Below, one piece after another: positions 18,170 through 28,923 of a stretch of DNA of 64,000 nt; the stretch's first letter is position 1, and each line of letters begins with the position of its first letter. Made by a program: the position numbers and the translations under genes. The notes under the pieces are model-generated. The model saw only the letters and a program-made list of their open reading frames with translations. It searched no databases and was not told the DNA's origin. The DNA lies in assembly GCA_003194435.1 (NCBI GenBank), contig PQXC01000005.1, positions 30,110 to 94,109 on the forward strand, read 5' to 3'. The DNA is from Candidatus Methanophagaceae archaeon. GTDB taxonomy: Archaea; Halobacteriota; Syntropharchaeia; Alkanophagales; Methanospirareceae.

Positions 18170-18715
18170 TCAGCCTCTTTTCCGCAGGCGAGGTACCAGA
18201 AAAGGTGTGCTTCGCTTGTACTCCAGGTATTTCGATCCGAATCGCATCTCTAACTCTCTTTCTTCGATGAGCTTGATATATGCCCCAAACAAAGCAGCAA
18301 AGAGTAACACTAACCCAACTGCGGAAAGTGATCCAATCCATATGCCGATGCCCAAATAGGCGAGAACGTTCCCTAAAGTCATTGGATTACGGCAATAAGC
18401 GTATGGTCCTTGCACAACCAGTTGCTGTGTTGCCATCAGTGGCGAGGGAGTTCCACAGCCCAGCGCAAACTGAACTTGAATGGACCACAGGGCAAAGAAC
18501 CAGCCCGGCACGATCAATAACAGGCTGAGGAGAGGATTCACCAGCCCGTGGACAAACCTTGGCAACTGCAACCATTGGTCGAGAAAGTGTGATATCATAG
18601 CGAGAAAGAACGGGATTACAATCACAAACAGTATGCTCTCAAAAATCAGCGCGATGATTCGCCGTTTGGCACTGTATTCACGTTCAGCCCATTTCTGGAA
18701 TCTTTTTAGTTCCAT
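18170..18715 (-). CDS. Isoprenylcysteine/phospholipid methyltransferase (ICMT/PEMT) family membrane protein
   Basis: GTPSP, LVVQGPYAYCRNPM and EERELEMRFG..Y.EY. Confidence 0.82.
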   Translation of the reverse strand: MELKRFQKWAEREYSAKRRIIALIFESILFVIVIPFFLAMISHFLDQWLQLPRFVHGLVNPLLSLLLIVPGWFFALWSIQVQFALGCGTPSPLMATQQLVVQGPYAYCRNPMTLGNVLAYLGIGIWIGSLSAVGLVLLFAALFGAYIKLIEERELEMRFGSKYLEYKRSTPFLVPRLRKRG

Positions 18716-18792
18716 TTTTACACCTTCATTACATCTTATATGGTAGGATAAAAGCAAATGCGAGGAGTGGGCGAAGAATATTATCGAGTAAT

Positions 18793-21513
18793 TCAAAAAT
18801 CAACCCTTACTGTCTTTCCTTGTATCACCTCTTCTTCCGTTATCTTCACTTCTTTCTCCATGTCCCACACTATCGTTTTGTTCTCTACATGCCCTGCTTT
18901 TATCTTATACGGGGTTGCAAAGACATCGAAATTCGTGCCTCCTTCTATCGTGCCTTCCGTTGAATATGGCACGATAAACTCATAGGAGCCATTACTCTTA
19001 TTTACTATTTTTCTTTGTGAGTATGTGAAGCCCCTGCCCCTGTTTGTAGTTACATCAGTCGTTATTGCAACTACCGATGCGTTATGCACTCTACCTTCTA
19101 TTCTCGCTCCTTTTACGTATTCAAAAACCTTTACCGAGCTCAGGGGAGAGATGAACGAAGGAGTCCACTGAATCCTATCCTTATCAATCTTAATTTTATG
19201 ATGAAGTTTCTGTACAGTATTATTTGCGCTCGTATAATTCGCTCTGCGGTAGTAATGCCACCCCTCTACCTTCTTCGTCACGGTATTCTGAACAACGTAT
19301 GGGATAATATAAGAAGAAGATTCGTATACCAATCTGTAATGATGTAACGGATCTGTGTGAAAAGGTGTAATTGGGATAGAAGACTGTACTTCGAGATCCT
19401 CTCCCTCTCGTTCCACTTCTCTCCCATCGAAGATGTGTAGTCTTGTCACCATCGTATTGAAGTAGTTCTCATCCGGAACAAAGCCGATCCCTGTATCTCT
19501 ATCTCCTTCACGATCAGATTTTGCCCACATGATTATACCCCTGTATTTGTTACCAGAGAAACCCATCGCATCAGCCATCATGTAGTCCGTTATCACGTAT
19601 CTAACATCAAGAGCATCGGCAACTTTATTCGCTTCTGATTCATTTATCGCAGCGAAGAAAGTACATGCACCCGGGCTATTGTCCTGATACGGTCCCCCAA
19701 TCCCCTGCTGGAAATTATTAGCGACAGGAATCCGGTGAGCGATGTAAGTGATCCAGTTACCGTAGTCCCACCAGTTCATTACAGAATAGGCAGATTCAGG
19801 GTAGTTATAAGTCGCATCTTCGGGCGGTGTTTCATACAGCGCATAATAATCAACGCCGGTATCAGGTGTATTCGCCCGCATCCAGGTTAGAGACTCATAC
19901 CAGTCTTGGTCAGGACCCTGATTATACTTTGCTGCCATTGTCAGAGAATTCATTAGCGGGAGAGCGAAGAAAGAGAAGAAGATAACGAAGTAAATTGCGA
20001 TGGCATCGGCACGTAAAAACCTGCTCATACTATTCGCTCTATTCGCTCGCTCTTTATTTGATTTCAACCGCTTCGTCGTCTTCTTGCTTCTGCTTCTGCT
20101 CCTTTTACCCTTTATCACATTCTCATGGTATCCACTTTCCTCCTGCTTGAGGACTGCAAATTCTATAAACCGATAAGAGAGGTATCCACAGAGGATGGCA
20201 ACATTGATTGCGTAATATGCAGCAAAGCGTTTCTGCCCGAAACATGCGAGAAGAATTGTAAGACTCCACACGATGAGAAGAATCTCTTCTGCTTTCCATT
20301 CCTTCGTGATATTATAACAGATGAGTGCTATAGCAGCGAAAGCGAAGAAGAAAGCAGTGGTGAACCAGGCAATGATCTCACTCCATTGCAGTGGTTGAAC
20401 CTCGCCTATGGTCAAAAAAGTTTTTGACGGTGCAAACACGTATAGTAGTGGCATGGTTAGCATAGAGTATAAAGATGGCTTAAAGACACGTAAAACAAGA
20501 AGGGATATAGTAATGATGGCTATAATTGCAACAGGAAATGCAGCAGGGTGTATTCTTTTTCTGTTCAATAAATGAGAGAACATACGTAAAACGAGAAGGA
20601 GAGAGATGCCGAGGATAAGGATTATGACATGGAATGGAGAAAGGAATCCATAAGAGAATACAGGTATGGCTATCATAGCTGCTGGAATGACAAATACTGG
20701 CATGCTGATGATGAAAAGGGGATCACTATCCTCTCCCCTGAGATGATTGATAATATACTGAATCAATATGTAGACAAGCAGAATAAGAACAAAGAGGGGA
20801 GCACCCATCCATGTGAGGAGATAGCATCCGAAACAAATACCAGCTAAAGAGGAATAAGTGAGTGGTGCTCGTAAAGAACCCCAGTTTCTGGTTAAAATCG
20901 AATGCACAGTTATTTCTTTTTGTTTTTGTACGCTCTTCCCATTCCAATTCCTTAGAGCGAGGATAAAGAGAAGCATGACAAGTGTGCTGAGAAGGGTCTC
21001 CATGGCATGGTGATCGGTATATCCTAAGAGAGAACGTGATAGGAACTGACCGGGGAGGATAGCGATTAAAGCAGCAGAAAGAAGTCCGGTACCACGGTTA
21101 TATATCTCCTTTCCGATGAGATACACAGGAAAGATAGTGAGAACACCCAGAATTGCAGGATACCACGCACCTATCACTTCTATTCCATGCTGACCCAGTG
21201 AGGAAAGAGGGGCTCCAAGCCCTATTAGCCATATGAGAGAAGCAAGCGAGAGGTCGAAGAGAGGAGTACCAAAAGGGTTGTATGCGCCATGTGGATAAGC
21301 AGTGAAAGGATCAAAGTAGATACGAAAAGGGAAGTGATGCAGTGTGTTTTCAACAAGCCGCATGTTATACCAGGGATCAGCACCATCAAATCTCACGAAC
21401 GAGCCAGTAAAAACGGTATTATATGGGATAACAACGCGGATATAGAGCGACAGGAAGAATAAGAAAGTCAATACAAAGCCACAGAGCATGGAGGTCTTTT
21501 CAATCCTTCTCAT
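18793..21513 (-). CDS. aglB: Archaeal oligosaccharyltransferase AglB (STT3)
   Basis: DPWYNMR, DHH, TIGEVQP and WWDYG; multiple TM helices. Confidence 0.96.
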   Translation of the reverse strand: MRRIEKTSMLCGFVLTFLFFLSLYIRVVIPYNTVFTGSFVRFDGADPWYNMRLVENTLHHFPFRIYFDPFTAYPHGAYNPFGTPLFDLSLASLIWLIGLGAPLSSLGQHGIEVIGAWYPAILGVLTIFPVYLIGKEIYNRGTGLLSAALIAILPGQFLSRSLLGYTDHHAMETLLSTLVMLLFILALRNWNGKSVQKQKEITVHSILTRNWGSLRAPLTYSSLAGICFGCYLLTWMGAPLFVLILLVYILIQYIINHLRGEDSDPLFIISMPVFVIPAAMIAIPVFSYGFLSPFHVIILILGISLLLVLRMFSHLLNRKRIHPAAFPVAIIAIITISLLVLRVFKPSLYSMLTMPLLYVFAPSKTFLTIGEVQPLQWSEIIAWFTTAFFFAFAAIALICYNITKEWKAEEILLIVWSLTILLACFGQKRFAAYYAINVAILCGYLSYRFIEFAVLKQEESGYHENVIKGKRSRSRSKKTTKRLKSNKERANRANSMSRFLRADAIAIYFVIFFSFFALPLMNSLTMAAKYNQGPDQDWYESLTWMRANTPDTGVDYYALYETPPEDATYNYPESAYSVMNWWDYGNWITYIAHRIPVANNFQQGIGGPYQDNSPGACTFFAAINESEANKVADALDVRYVITDYMMADAMGFSGNKYRGIIMWAKSDREGDRDTGIGFVPDENYFNTMVTRLHIFDGREVEREGEDLEVQSSIPITPFHTDPLHHYRLVYESSSYIIPYVVQNTVTKKVEGWHYYRRANYTSANNTVQKLHHKIKIDKDRIQWTPSFISPLSSVKVFEYVKGARIEGRVHNASVVAITTDVTTNRGRGFTYSQRKIVNKSNGSYEFIVPYSTEGTIEGGTNFDVFATPYKIKAGHVENKTIVWDMEKEVKITEEEVIQGKTVRVDF

Positions 21514-21596
21514 CCCTATCCACCATCTCTATTTACATTACACATCACATTCCGATCTATATAAAAGTTTTTGTATCCTCTCTCAATCTTAAAATA

Positions 21597-22727
21597 ATGC
21601 CAGAAGTATCGGTGGTAATCCCCTCGATGAATGAGGAAGCTACGATCGGGCGCTGTATTAATGATGTGAGGAGGGCACTTGCTCCAAAACAGATTGAATA
21701 TGAGATCATCATTGCAGATAACTCGACAGATAAAACGGCAGAGATAGCAAGATCCCTGGGGGCGATTGTTATAAAACCAGAGAAGATGGGATACGGCAAT
21801 GCATATCTTGCTGGACTTTCACGTGCCAGAGGCGATTTTATAGTTATCGCTGATTCGGATGGCACTTATGATCTATCGTTGATACCGCAATTTTTAGAGC
21901 CTTTAAAAGAAGGGGTAGCCGATTTCATCATAGGCAACCGATTTGGTGGCACTATATTGAAGGGAGCGATGCCGTGGCATCATCGCTATATTGGCAATCC
22001 GCTTTTAACAAAGATATTGAACTGGCTATTTAAGATCAGGGTATCAGATGCTCATTGTGGGATGCGCGCATTCACAAGAGAAGCATACGAGAAGATGAAT
22101 TTAAAGGCGGGCGGTATGGAATTTGCTTCCGAAATGATTATAGAAGCAGCGAGGAAGAATTTGAGGATAAAAGAAGTCCCGATAACATATTATCCGAGAA
22201 TTTTACCTTCTAAACTTCATTCATTCAGCGATGGCTGGCGGCATCTGAGGTTCATGATGCTTTATAAGCCCATTCCATTCCTTTTTGTCCCCGGGGTGGT
22301 AGTATTCCTGCTTGGTCTACTGTTAAGTCTGACAATCCTTCTGCGAGGAAATGCAGAGACGTCTCACATGCACTCCCTCATCTTTGGCAGCATACTTGTC
22401 ATCATCGGCTTTCAGACGTTGGCAACGGGGATATATATGAAGGCATATGCAGCGGTGCACGGGTTGTGCGAGAAAGAAGGTTTCATAAAAAAGTTGCTGG
22501 ACTACCACTCGCTGGAGAAGGAGCTTATTATCGGCGCTGCATTGTTGCTGATTGGGGTTGCCATAGGGTTGAAAGTGGTGCTTACGTGGATAAACATTGG
22601 ATTCGGTTCGCTATCAGAAGTAGAAAGCGCGGTTATAGCAATGGTGCTTGCGGCAACAGGCATACAGACGATATTCATGGCGATATTTTTAAGTGTGTTA
22701 TTGCTGGAGGAGGGGGGATGTCAGTGA
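21597..22727 (+). CDS. GT2 polyprenol-phosphate glycosyltransferase with C-terminal TM helices
   Basis: VVIPSMNEE, DSD, SDAHCGMR and DGWRHLRF. Confidence 0.9.
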   Translation: MPEVSVVIPSMNEEATIGRCINDVRRALAPKQIEYEIIIADNSTDKTAEIARSLGAIVIKPEKMGYGNAYLAGLSRARGDFIVIADSDGTYDLSLIPQFLEPLKEGVADFIIGNRFGGTILKGAMPWHHRYIGNPLLTKILNWLFKIRVSDAHCGMRAFTREAYEKMNLKAGGMEFASEMIIEAARKNLRIKEVPITYYPRILPSKLHSFSDGWRHLRFMMLYKPIPFLFVPGVVVFLLGLLLSLTILLRGNAETSHMHSLIFGSILVIIGFQTLATGIYMKAYAAVHGLCEKEGFIKKLLDYHSLEKELIIGAALLLIGVAIGLKVVLTWINIGFGSLSEVESAVIAMVLAATGIQTIFMAIFLSVLLLEEGGCQ

Positions 22728-23272
22728 TGAAAATCGCATACGTTTACGACGCCGTCTATCCCTAGATAAAAGGCGGCGATGAGAAGCGAATCCATGAGAT
22801 TTCAAAAAGGTTAGTTGAATGTGGGCATGAAGTTCATTGGTTTGGAATAAAGTGGTGGGAGGGCGAAAGCACAATACAACAGAACGGCGTTTATCTGCAT
22901 GGCGTTTGCGAGCCAAAGGAACTGTATGTTGACAGGAGAAGGTCAATTCCTGAGGAAAAAGTAAGCAGCGAAGAGCTTGAGGAAATTATAGGTATAGCAA
23001 AGGAGATAGAAAGTATCGATAAATTAGTTTCAATCCTCATACCCACAAAGAACAACGGATATATACTTGAGAAAAGCCTTGCATCAATTCAGAATCAGGA
23101 CTATCCAAAGGACAGATACGAAGTAATCATCGTGGATGGTCATTCTACCGATGATACCGTAGAAATAGCAGAAAAATACGGATGCAAGGTTGTGTATAAA
23201 TGCGTTGGTGCGGTTTTATCTTTTGTTTGTTGTACAAGGTTTAACTGGAGAGGAGTATTATTTATTTTTTAG
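22727..23272 (+). pseudogene. Chimeric pseudogene: GT4 5' copy (TGG to TAG), acidic linker, GT2 N-terminus
   Basis: 22727-22948 nearly duplicates 24039-24260, with a stop at 22763. The same frame continues into LVSILIPTKN..EVIIVDGHSTDDT. Confidence 0.8.
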
Positions 23273-23296
23273 TAAAAGTAGTTAAAAAGATAGGGG

Positions 23297-23566
23297 ATGA
23301 CGGAAATGGAAAAAATTTCAATAGATGTGCCGAAAGACCTCATACATATACTAAAGGTGAGAGAAAGGGAATTACCAAAGGTGTTGAGAGAAATAATAGC
23401 TGTTAATCTTTACAAAGAAGGTCTTATCTCGCTTGGAAAAGCATCAGAGATTGCAGGGGTTTCGAGATGGGAGATGTTTGATATACTGGCAGCAAAGAAA
23501 ATACCGTTGCAGTATTATCCTGAAGACCTTGAAGAAGACATTGAGACGCTGAAAAAGATGCTATGA
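23297..23566 (+). CDS. UPF0175-family putative antitoxin
   Basis: LYKEGLISLGKASEIAGVSRWE; overlaps the PIN gene. Confidence 0.85.
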   Translation: MTEMEKISIDVPKDLIHILKVRERELPKVLREIIAVNLYKEGLISLGKASEIAGVSRWEMFDILAAKKIPLQYYPEDLEEDIETLKKML

Positions 23567-24042
23567 TCGTTGTTTCCGATTCCGGCCCTTTGATAGCCTT
23601 GTCAAGATTGGGCATGCTGCCCATATTACAAGAGCTCTTTGGTGAAATAGTAATACCAGAAGAAGTAAGGAAGGAGGTTGTGGAGAAAGGTAAAGGAAAA
23701 CCTGGATCTGATATTATCGAAAAGGCGAAATGGGTTGAAGTTGAGGGAATCAAGGATTTAAGCGTGGATATTTTGTCAAAGGAGATTGAGAGAGGCGAGG
23801 CAGAAGCTATAGTCCTCGCAAAAAAGCTCAACGCGGATTTATTACTTCTTGATGAAAAGATACCGAGGGAGATAGCTAAATCGCTTGGATTGCAAGTTGC
23901 CGGAACAATTGCATTGATTTATGAGGCTTTAAAGCGAGGGGTTGCACAAGGTGACCTTGAAGAAATTGTCCTGGAGATGAAAAGAAGAGGAGTATGGATA
24001 AGCGAAGAAATCGTAAGAGAAGTAAAGAGGCTGAAAGAATGA
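23563..24042 (+). CDS. DUF3368/PIN-domain toxin
   Basis: VVSDSGPLIAL, GEAEAIVLA and LLLDE. Confidence 0.87.
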   Translation: MIVVSDSGPLIALSRLGMLPILQELFGEIVIPEEVRKEVVEKGKGKPGSDIIEKAKWVEVEGIKDLSVDILSKEIERGEAEAIVLAKKLNADLLLLDEKIPREIAKSLGLQVAGTIALIYEALKRGVAQGDLEEIVLEMKRRGVWISEEIVREVKRLKE

Positions 24043-25166
24043 AAATTGCATACGTTTACGACGCCGTCTATCCATGGATAAAAGGCGGTGGCGAGAAGCG
24101 AATCCATGAGATTTCAAAAAGGTTAGTTGAATGTGGGCACGAAGTTCATTGGTTTGGAATAAAGTGGTGGGAGGGCGAAAGCACAATACAACAGAACGGC
24201 GTTTATCTGCATGGCGTTTGCGAGCCGAGAGAATTGTACGTGGGCGGAAGAAGGTCAATAAAAGAATCATTATATTTTACAGGGAAGCTTCTTATTCCTC
24301 TAATAAGGGAAGATTTTGATGTCATAGATTGTCAGGCGTTTCCATATCTCCCATCTTTTTCTGCAAAGATTTGCTCTTCTTTGAAGCGAACTCCTCTGGT
24401 AATTACATGGCATGAAGTCTGGGATGATTACTGGTATGAGTATTTAGGTAAGAGAGGAATATGTGGGAAATGGGTTGAGAGAATGACCACTCATTTAACA
24501 GATGAAATGGTGGCGGTTTCGGAGAGAACGAAGAAGGATCTGGAAAGAGTTGGAGTGAGAAAAAGGATTAAAGTAATACCAAATGGTATAGATTTCAGGA
24601 GAATAGAGAGTATAGACGCGTCAGACGAAGAAATTGATGTTATATTTGCAGGGAGATTAATCAAGGATAAGAATGTGGACGTTTTGATTGGGGCGGTGGA
24701 ACAGGTGAAGGTACAAATTCCCGATGTCCGGTGCATGATTATTGGAGATGGACCAGAAAAAGGTAGATTAGAGAATTTGGCTAAGGATTTGGAATTAGAG
24801 GACAATATTAACTTTATGGGATTCCTGGAAGATTATACAGAAGTCATTTCGTATATGAAATCATCAAGGGTATTTGTTTTGCCTTCGACAAGAGAAGGTT
24901 TTGGTATTGTAGCGCTGGAAGCGAATGCGTGTGGGTTGCCTGTTATTACAGTGAGTCATAAGAGGAATGCAACATGTGACCTCATAACAAATGGTGTGAA
25001 TGGGTTTATATGTGAGCTAACAGTAGAGAGTATTGCAGAAAGGATATTTATGGGGCTGGCTGAAAAAGAGCGTATGGCACGAAGATGTATTGAAAACGCG
25101 AGCAGGTATGACTGGAACAAAATAGCAAATTTAACCGAAGCTACTTATGGTGAGATAATGAGATAA
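24039..25166 (+). CDS. GT4 glycosyltransferase
   Basis: GGGEKR, FAGRLIKDK and EGFGIVALEANACGLP. Confidence 0.92.
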   Translation: MKIAYVYDAVYPWIKGGGEKRIHEISKRLVECGHEVHWFGIKWWEGESTIQQNGVYLHGVCEPRELYVGGRRSIKESLYFTGKLLIPLIREDFDVIDCQAFPYLPSFSAKICSSLKRTPLVITWHEVWDDYWYEYLGKRGICGKWVERMTTHLTDEMVAVSERTKKDLERVGVRKRIKVIPNGIDFRRIESIDASDEEIDVIFAGRLIKDKNVDVLIGAVEQVKVQIPDVRCMIIGDGPEKGRLENLAKDLELEDNINFMGFLEDYTEVISYMKSSRVFVLPSTREGFGIVALEANACGLPVITVSHKRNATCDLITNGVNGFICELTVESIAERIFMGLAEKERMARRCIENASRYDWNKIANLTEATYGEIMR

Positions 25167-25235
25167 TTACTGACTACTCTAACTCTAATAGTAAGAATAG
25201 TAAGGCAAGAATGAAAGAAGAGGTGTAGAAATGAA

Positions 25236-26300
25236 ATGAAGGGGTTAATACTATCTGGTGGTTATGGCACAAGACTACGCCCGATTACATACTCACAGCA
25301 AAAGCAGTTAATCCCTGTTGCAAACAAGCCGATACTATTTTATGCTATTGAAGACGTAATCGAAGCGGGTGTTAAGGAAATAGGAATCATTGTGGGACCA
25401 AACAAAGAACAGGTCATAGAAACTGTAAAATCAGAAAACTGGGATGTGGATGCAGGTGCAGAGATAGAATTTATTTATCAGGGCGAACCAAAGGGATTAG
25501 CACATACCATTCTTGTTGCGGAAGATTTTTTAGATGACGAATTTGTTATGTATTTGGGGGATAACATCTTGAGAGAGGGGATTGTAGAACACGCTAAGAA
25601 GTTTAAAGGGAACAATTATGATGCGAGTATAATGCTTACAGAGGTTGAGAATCCACAACAATTCGGAGTTGCAGATATTAACGAAGATGGTACAATAAAA
25701 AGACTCGTTGAGAAACCCAAAGTTCCACCAGGCAATCTCGCTCTGGTTGGTATTTACTTCTTCAAACCTGTTATACTGGAAGCCTGTAAGCATATAAAAC
25801 CCTCATGGCGAAATGAGCTTGAGATTACTGATGCAATTCAGTGGCTGATTGATAACGGATACGAGGTGGGCTGGACAAAGGTACAGGGTTGGTGGAAGGA
25901 TACAGGGAAACCCGAAGATATTCTGGAAGCTAACAGGTTGATTTTAGATGATATCAAAACGAAAAACGAAGGTACTGCGGAAAGCTCAAAAATAATAGGA
26001 AGAGCTATCATCGAGAAAGGGGTAGAGATAAAAAACAGCATTGTTAAAGGGCCATCCCTGATTGGATGTGATTGCATGATAAGAAATTCTTACATAGGAC
26101 CTTACACGAGTATTGGAAAGGAATGTATAATAGAAGATACAGAGATCGAGGATTCAATAGTGATGGAGAAATCGGAAATAATAGGAGGAGGGAGAATCAT
26201 TGAGAGTTTGATAGGGAAGGAAGTGAAGATAAAAAGGAAATCGGATTTGCCAAATGGCAGGAAACTAATTGTGGGTGACCACTCAGAGATAGTAGGATGA
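25236..26300 (+). CDS. rmlA: Glucose-1-phosphate thymidylyltransferase (long form)
   Basis: GGYGTRLRP, KQLIPVANKP, LVEKP, ELEITD and WWKDTG. Confidence 0.92.
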   Translation: MKGLILSGGYGTRLRPITYSQQKQLIPVANKPILFYAIEDVIEAGVKEIGIIVGPNKEQVIETVKSENWDVDAGAEIEFIYQGEPKGLAHTILVAEDFLDDEFVMYLGDNILREGIVEHAKKFKGNNYDASIMLTEVENPQQFGVADINEDGTIKRLVEKPKVPPGNLALVGIYFFKPVILEACKHIKPSWRNELEITDAIQWLIDNGYEVGWTKVQGWWKDTGKPEDILEANRLILDDIKTKNEGTAESSKIIGRAIIEKGVEIKNSIVKGPSLIGCDCMIRNSYIGPYTSIGKECIIEDTEIEDSIVMEKSEIIGGGRIIESLIGKEVKIKRKSDLPNGRKLIVGDHSEIVG

Positions 26301-27298
26301 GAAAAATGAAGATACTTGTAACTGGTGGATTGGGGTTCATAGGAAGCAATTTTGTAAGGCATATGGCAGATAAAGATAAAGCGGAAATGGAAATTATTGT
26401 AGTTGATGCGTTAAGATATGGCTCTAACGAGAACAATTTAAAAGATCTGGAATACGAATACAAATTTGTCAGGGGTAATATTTGCGATTATGAGCTAATG
26501 TGTGAGCTTGTTAAGAACGTTGATGCAATAGTGAACTTTGCCGCGGAGACGCATGTTGATAGAAGCATATCAAATCCTTATGCGTTTGTTGAGAGCAATG
26601 TAAAGGGCACCTGCACAGTACTTGAGGCGATACGGAGGGTTAATCAGGAGGCAAAACTTGTTCATGTAAGCACGGATGAGGTATACGGAGATATCGAGAA
26701 AGGTTCTTTCAAAGAGGATGATATGTTAAAGCCTTCTTCTCCGTATTCAGCAAGCAAAGCCTCTGCTGACTTGTTTGTTCTGGCTTATGTTAGAACTTAT
26801 GGACTGAATGCTGTGATTACGAGATGCACGAATAACTATGGTATGTATCAATTTCCGGAGAAGTTAATTCCAAAGACAATAATCAGGGCTAAGCAGGGCA
26901 TGAAGATACCGGTTTATGGGACAGGGAAGAACGTAAGGGACTGGATTTACGTTAAGGACCACTGTGAGGCGATAAATATTATTTTAGAGAAGGGAAATAG
27001 AGGAGAAATCTATAATATCTCAAGTGGTGATGAGAGAAGCAATCTGGAGGTTGTCACTGAAATCCTGGACTCATTAGGAAAAGAAGATTTAATAGAGTTT
27101 GTAGAAGACAGACCTGGGCATGACATCAGGTATAGCCTTGATTCTTCCAAAGTCAGGGAATTAGGTTGGAAGTGCAGGCACAAGTTTGAGGAAGGGTTAA
27201 AAGAGACAATCGAATGGTACTTGAAGAATGAGGAGTGGTGGAAGCCGTTGATTGATGAAAAGATTCTGCATCCAACACCCTGGAAATTGGAATGGTAA
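26297..27298 (+). CDS. rmlB: dTDP-glucose 4,6-dehydratase
   Basis: GGLGFIGSN, AAETHVDRS, STDEVYG, YSASK and DRPGHD. Confidence 0.95.
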   Translation: MRKMKILVTGGLGFIGSNFVRHMADKDKAEMEIIVVDALRYGSNENNLKDLEYEYKFVRGNICDYELMCELVKNVDAIVNFAAETHVDRSISNPYAFVESNVKGTCTVLEAIRRVNQEAKLVHVSTDEVYGDIEKGSFKEDDMLKPSSPYSASKASADLFVLAYVRTYGLNAVITRCTNNYGMYQFPEKLIPKTIIRAKQGMKIPVYGTGKNVRDWIYVKDHCEAINIILEKGNRGEIYNISSGDERSNLEVVTEILDSLGKEDLIEFVEDRPGHDIRYSLDSSKVRELGWKCRHKFEEGLKETIEWYLKNEEWWKPLIDEKILHPTPWKLEW

Positions 27299-27322
27299 AG
27301 AGCAAGGGGGGAAGGGAATAGT

Positions 27323-28210
27323 ATGAAAGTTTTCATTACCGGTGGAAGCGGTTTATTAGGGGGTAAGGTTGCGGAAATAGCAGAGGATAACCGGGGGTAT
27401 GAAGTTTATACAGGGTATTGTCATACCAAGCCAGAATTTGGAGAGCCTGTGAAGTTTGATTTGACCAGGAACAAGGACTTAGAGGTTATTTACAAGATAA
27501 AACCAGAAATTATAATCCATACTGCGGCACTAACGGATGTTGATGCTTGTGAAACAGATAAGAAGTTGGCTTATGAGATTAATGCAGAAGGTACAAGAAG
27601 AATAGCAGAATTTGCGAACGAATTTGGAGCTTTTTTAGTGTATGTGTCAACAGATTATGTATTTTCAGGAGATAAAGGGATGTATAGGGAAGAGGATGAG
27701 CCGAATCCAATAAATTTTTATGGACGTACAAAATTACTGGGTGAGAAATATTGCAATTGTATAGCATGTATAGCAAGACCCTGCGTTATCTACGGTGCGA
27801 GACCAGCAAGTGGGAAGGTGAATTTTGCATTGTGGCTTATAGATAAGCTCAGGCTCGGAGAAGAGGTGAAAATTGTTACAGACCAATTTATAACACCAAC
27901 TTTGAATACGAATTTAGCGAGGATGCTGTTAGAAGTGACAGAAAGAGAACTAAAAGGGATATTCCACTTAGCAGGAGCGACAAGAGTTTCGAGATATGAA
28001 TTTGCATTGCGAATTGCCAACAAATTTGGATTGGATAAAAATTTAATATTACCAGTGAGAATGAGGGAAATGAAATGGATTGCCTCTCGTCCTAAAGATT
28101 CATCTCTGGATACATCAAAAGCATCAAGATACTTAAAGGAAAAGCCTTACGATTTAGATAAGGCATTAGGGGTTTTAAAGGAGGAGATTGGAAAAAGCTC
28201 CAAAGGGTGA
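27323..28210 (+). CDS. rmlD: dTDP-4-dehydrorhamnose reductase
   Basis: GGSGLLG, AALTDVDACE, STDYVF and YGRTK. Confidence 0.93.
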   Translation: MKVFITGGSGLLGGKVAEIAEDNRGYEVYTGYCHTKPEFGEPVKFDLTRNKDLEVIYKIKPEIIIHTAALTDVDACETDKKLAYEINAEGTRRIAEFANEFGAFLVYVSTDYVFSGDKGMYREEDEPNPINFYGRTKLLGEKYCNCIACIARPCVIYGARPASGKVNFALWLIDKLRLGEEVKIVTDQFITPTLNTNLARMLLEVTERELKGIFHLAGATRVSRYEFALRIANKFGLDKNLILPVRMREMKWIASRPKDSSLDTSKASRYLKEKPYDLDKALGVLKEEIGKSSKG

Positions 28211-28279
28211 CAGAAAAATACAAACACATTAAAAACACTTAAATATAATGAAGTAGTAAATTTATGAGTGGTGATAAAG

Positions 28280-28498
28280 ATGGTTGAGATTTTGCTAAAA
28301 TTCCCGGAGGATCTCAGGTGGATATTGAAGAGCAAAGAGAGTGTAAAGTTTTTGGAGTCGGTATTAATTCAAAAGCTATGCGAGATAAAAATAGGTGATA
28401 TATTGGCAGAGAAGAGCGAGTTAAAAGAGGAGGATATCGATGTGTTGGATCATCTGATCAAGGAAGGGATATTTAAAAGAATAAAGGAAATAGAATGA
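28280..28498 (+). CDS. Putative antitoxin
   Basis: Small ORF whose end overlaps the start of the PIN gene. Confidence 0.6.
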   Translation: MVEILLKFPEDLRWILKSKESVKFLESVLIQKLCEIKIGDILAEKSELKEEDIDVLDHLIKEGIFKRIKEIE

Positions 28499-28908
28499 AA
28501 TTTGTCATAGATACAAATATTCTCTTTTCTGCAATGGTCAAGAAATCTATCACGAGAAAGATAATTCTTAGCGATGCTTTCGAGTTATATGTTCCCGAAT
28601 ATTTGTTTGAAGAAATAAATAAGCATAAGGAGTTGATTTTGAGAAAGGCAAAAATTAGCGACAGAGATTTTATCGCATTATTAACGTTGTTCCAAAAGCA
28701 TACGAAGATAGTCAAAAAAGAGTTTTATCAGGATAAAATTCCCGTAGCAGAAGAAGCAATGAAAGAAATAGACATAACAGATTCTCCCTTTTTGGCTACA
28801 GCCTTAGCATTGAATTGGCCAATATGGTCAAACGATGGACATTTTAAGCAGCAGAATTTGGTTAAAGTTTATACTACAAATGAAATATTGGAACTTTTAA
28901 GAAGATGA
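28495..28908 (+). CDS. PIN-domain (VapC-like) toxin
   Basis: VIDTNILFS, DSPFLA and IWSND. Confidence 0.87.
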   Translation: MKFVIDTNILFSAMVKKSITRKIILSDAFELYVPEYLFEEINKHKELILRKAKISDRDFIALLTLFQKHTKIVKKEFYQDKIPVAEEAMKEIDITDSPFLATALALNWPIWSNDGHFKQQNLVKVYTTNEILELLRR

Positions 28909-28923
28909 GAATGAGAAGATGGA

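Noticed and set aside
22763..22765. In-frame TAG as pyrrolysine readthrough
   Set aside because: It aligns with TGG in the intact paralogue and the downstream frame is a truncated chimera, so a nonsense mutation is simpler.
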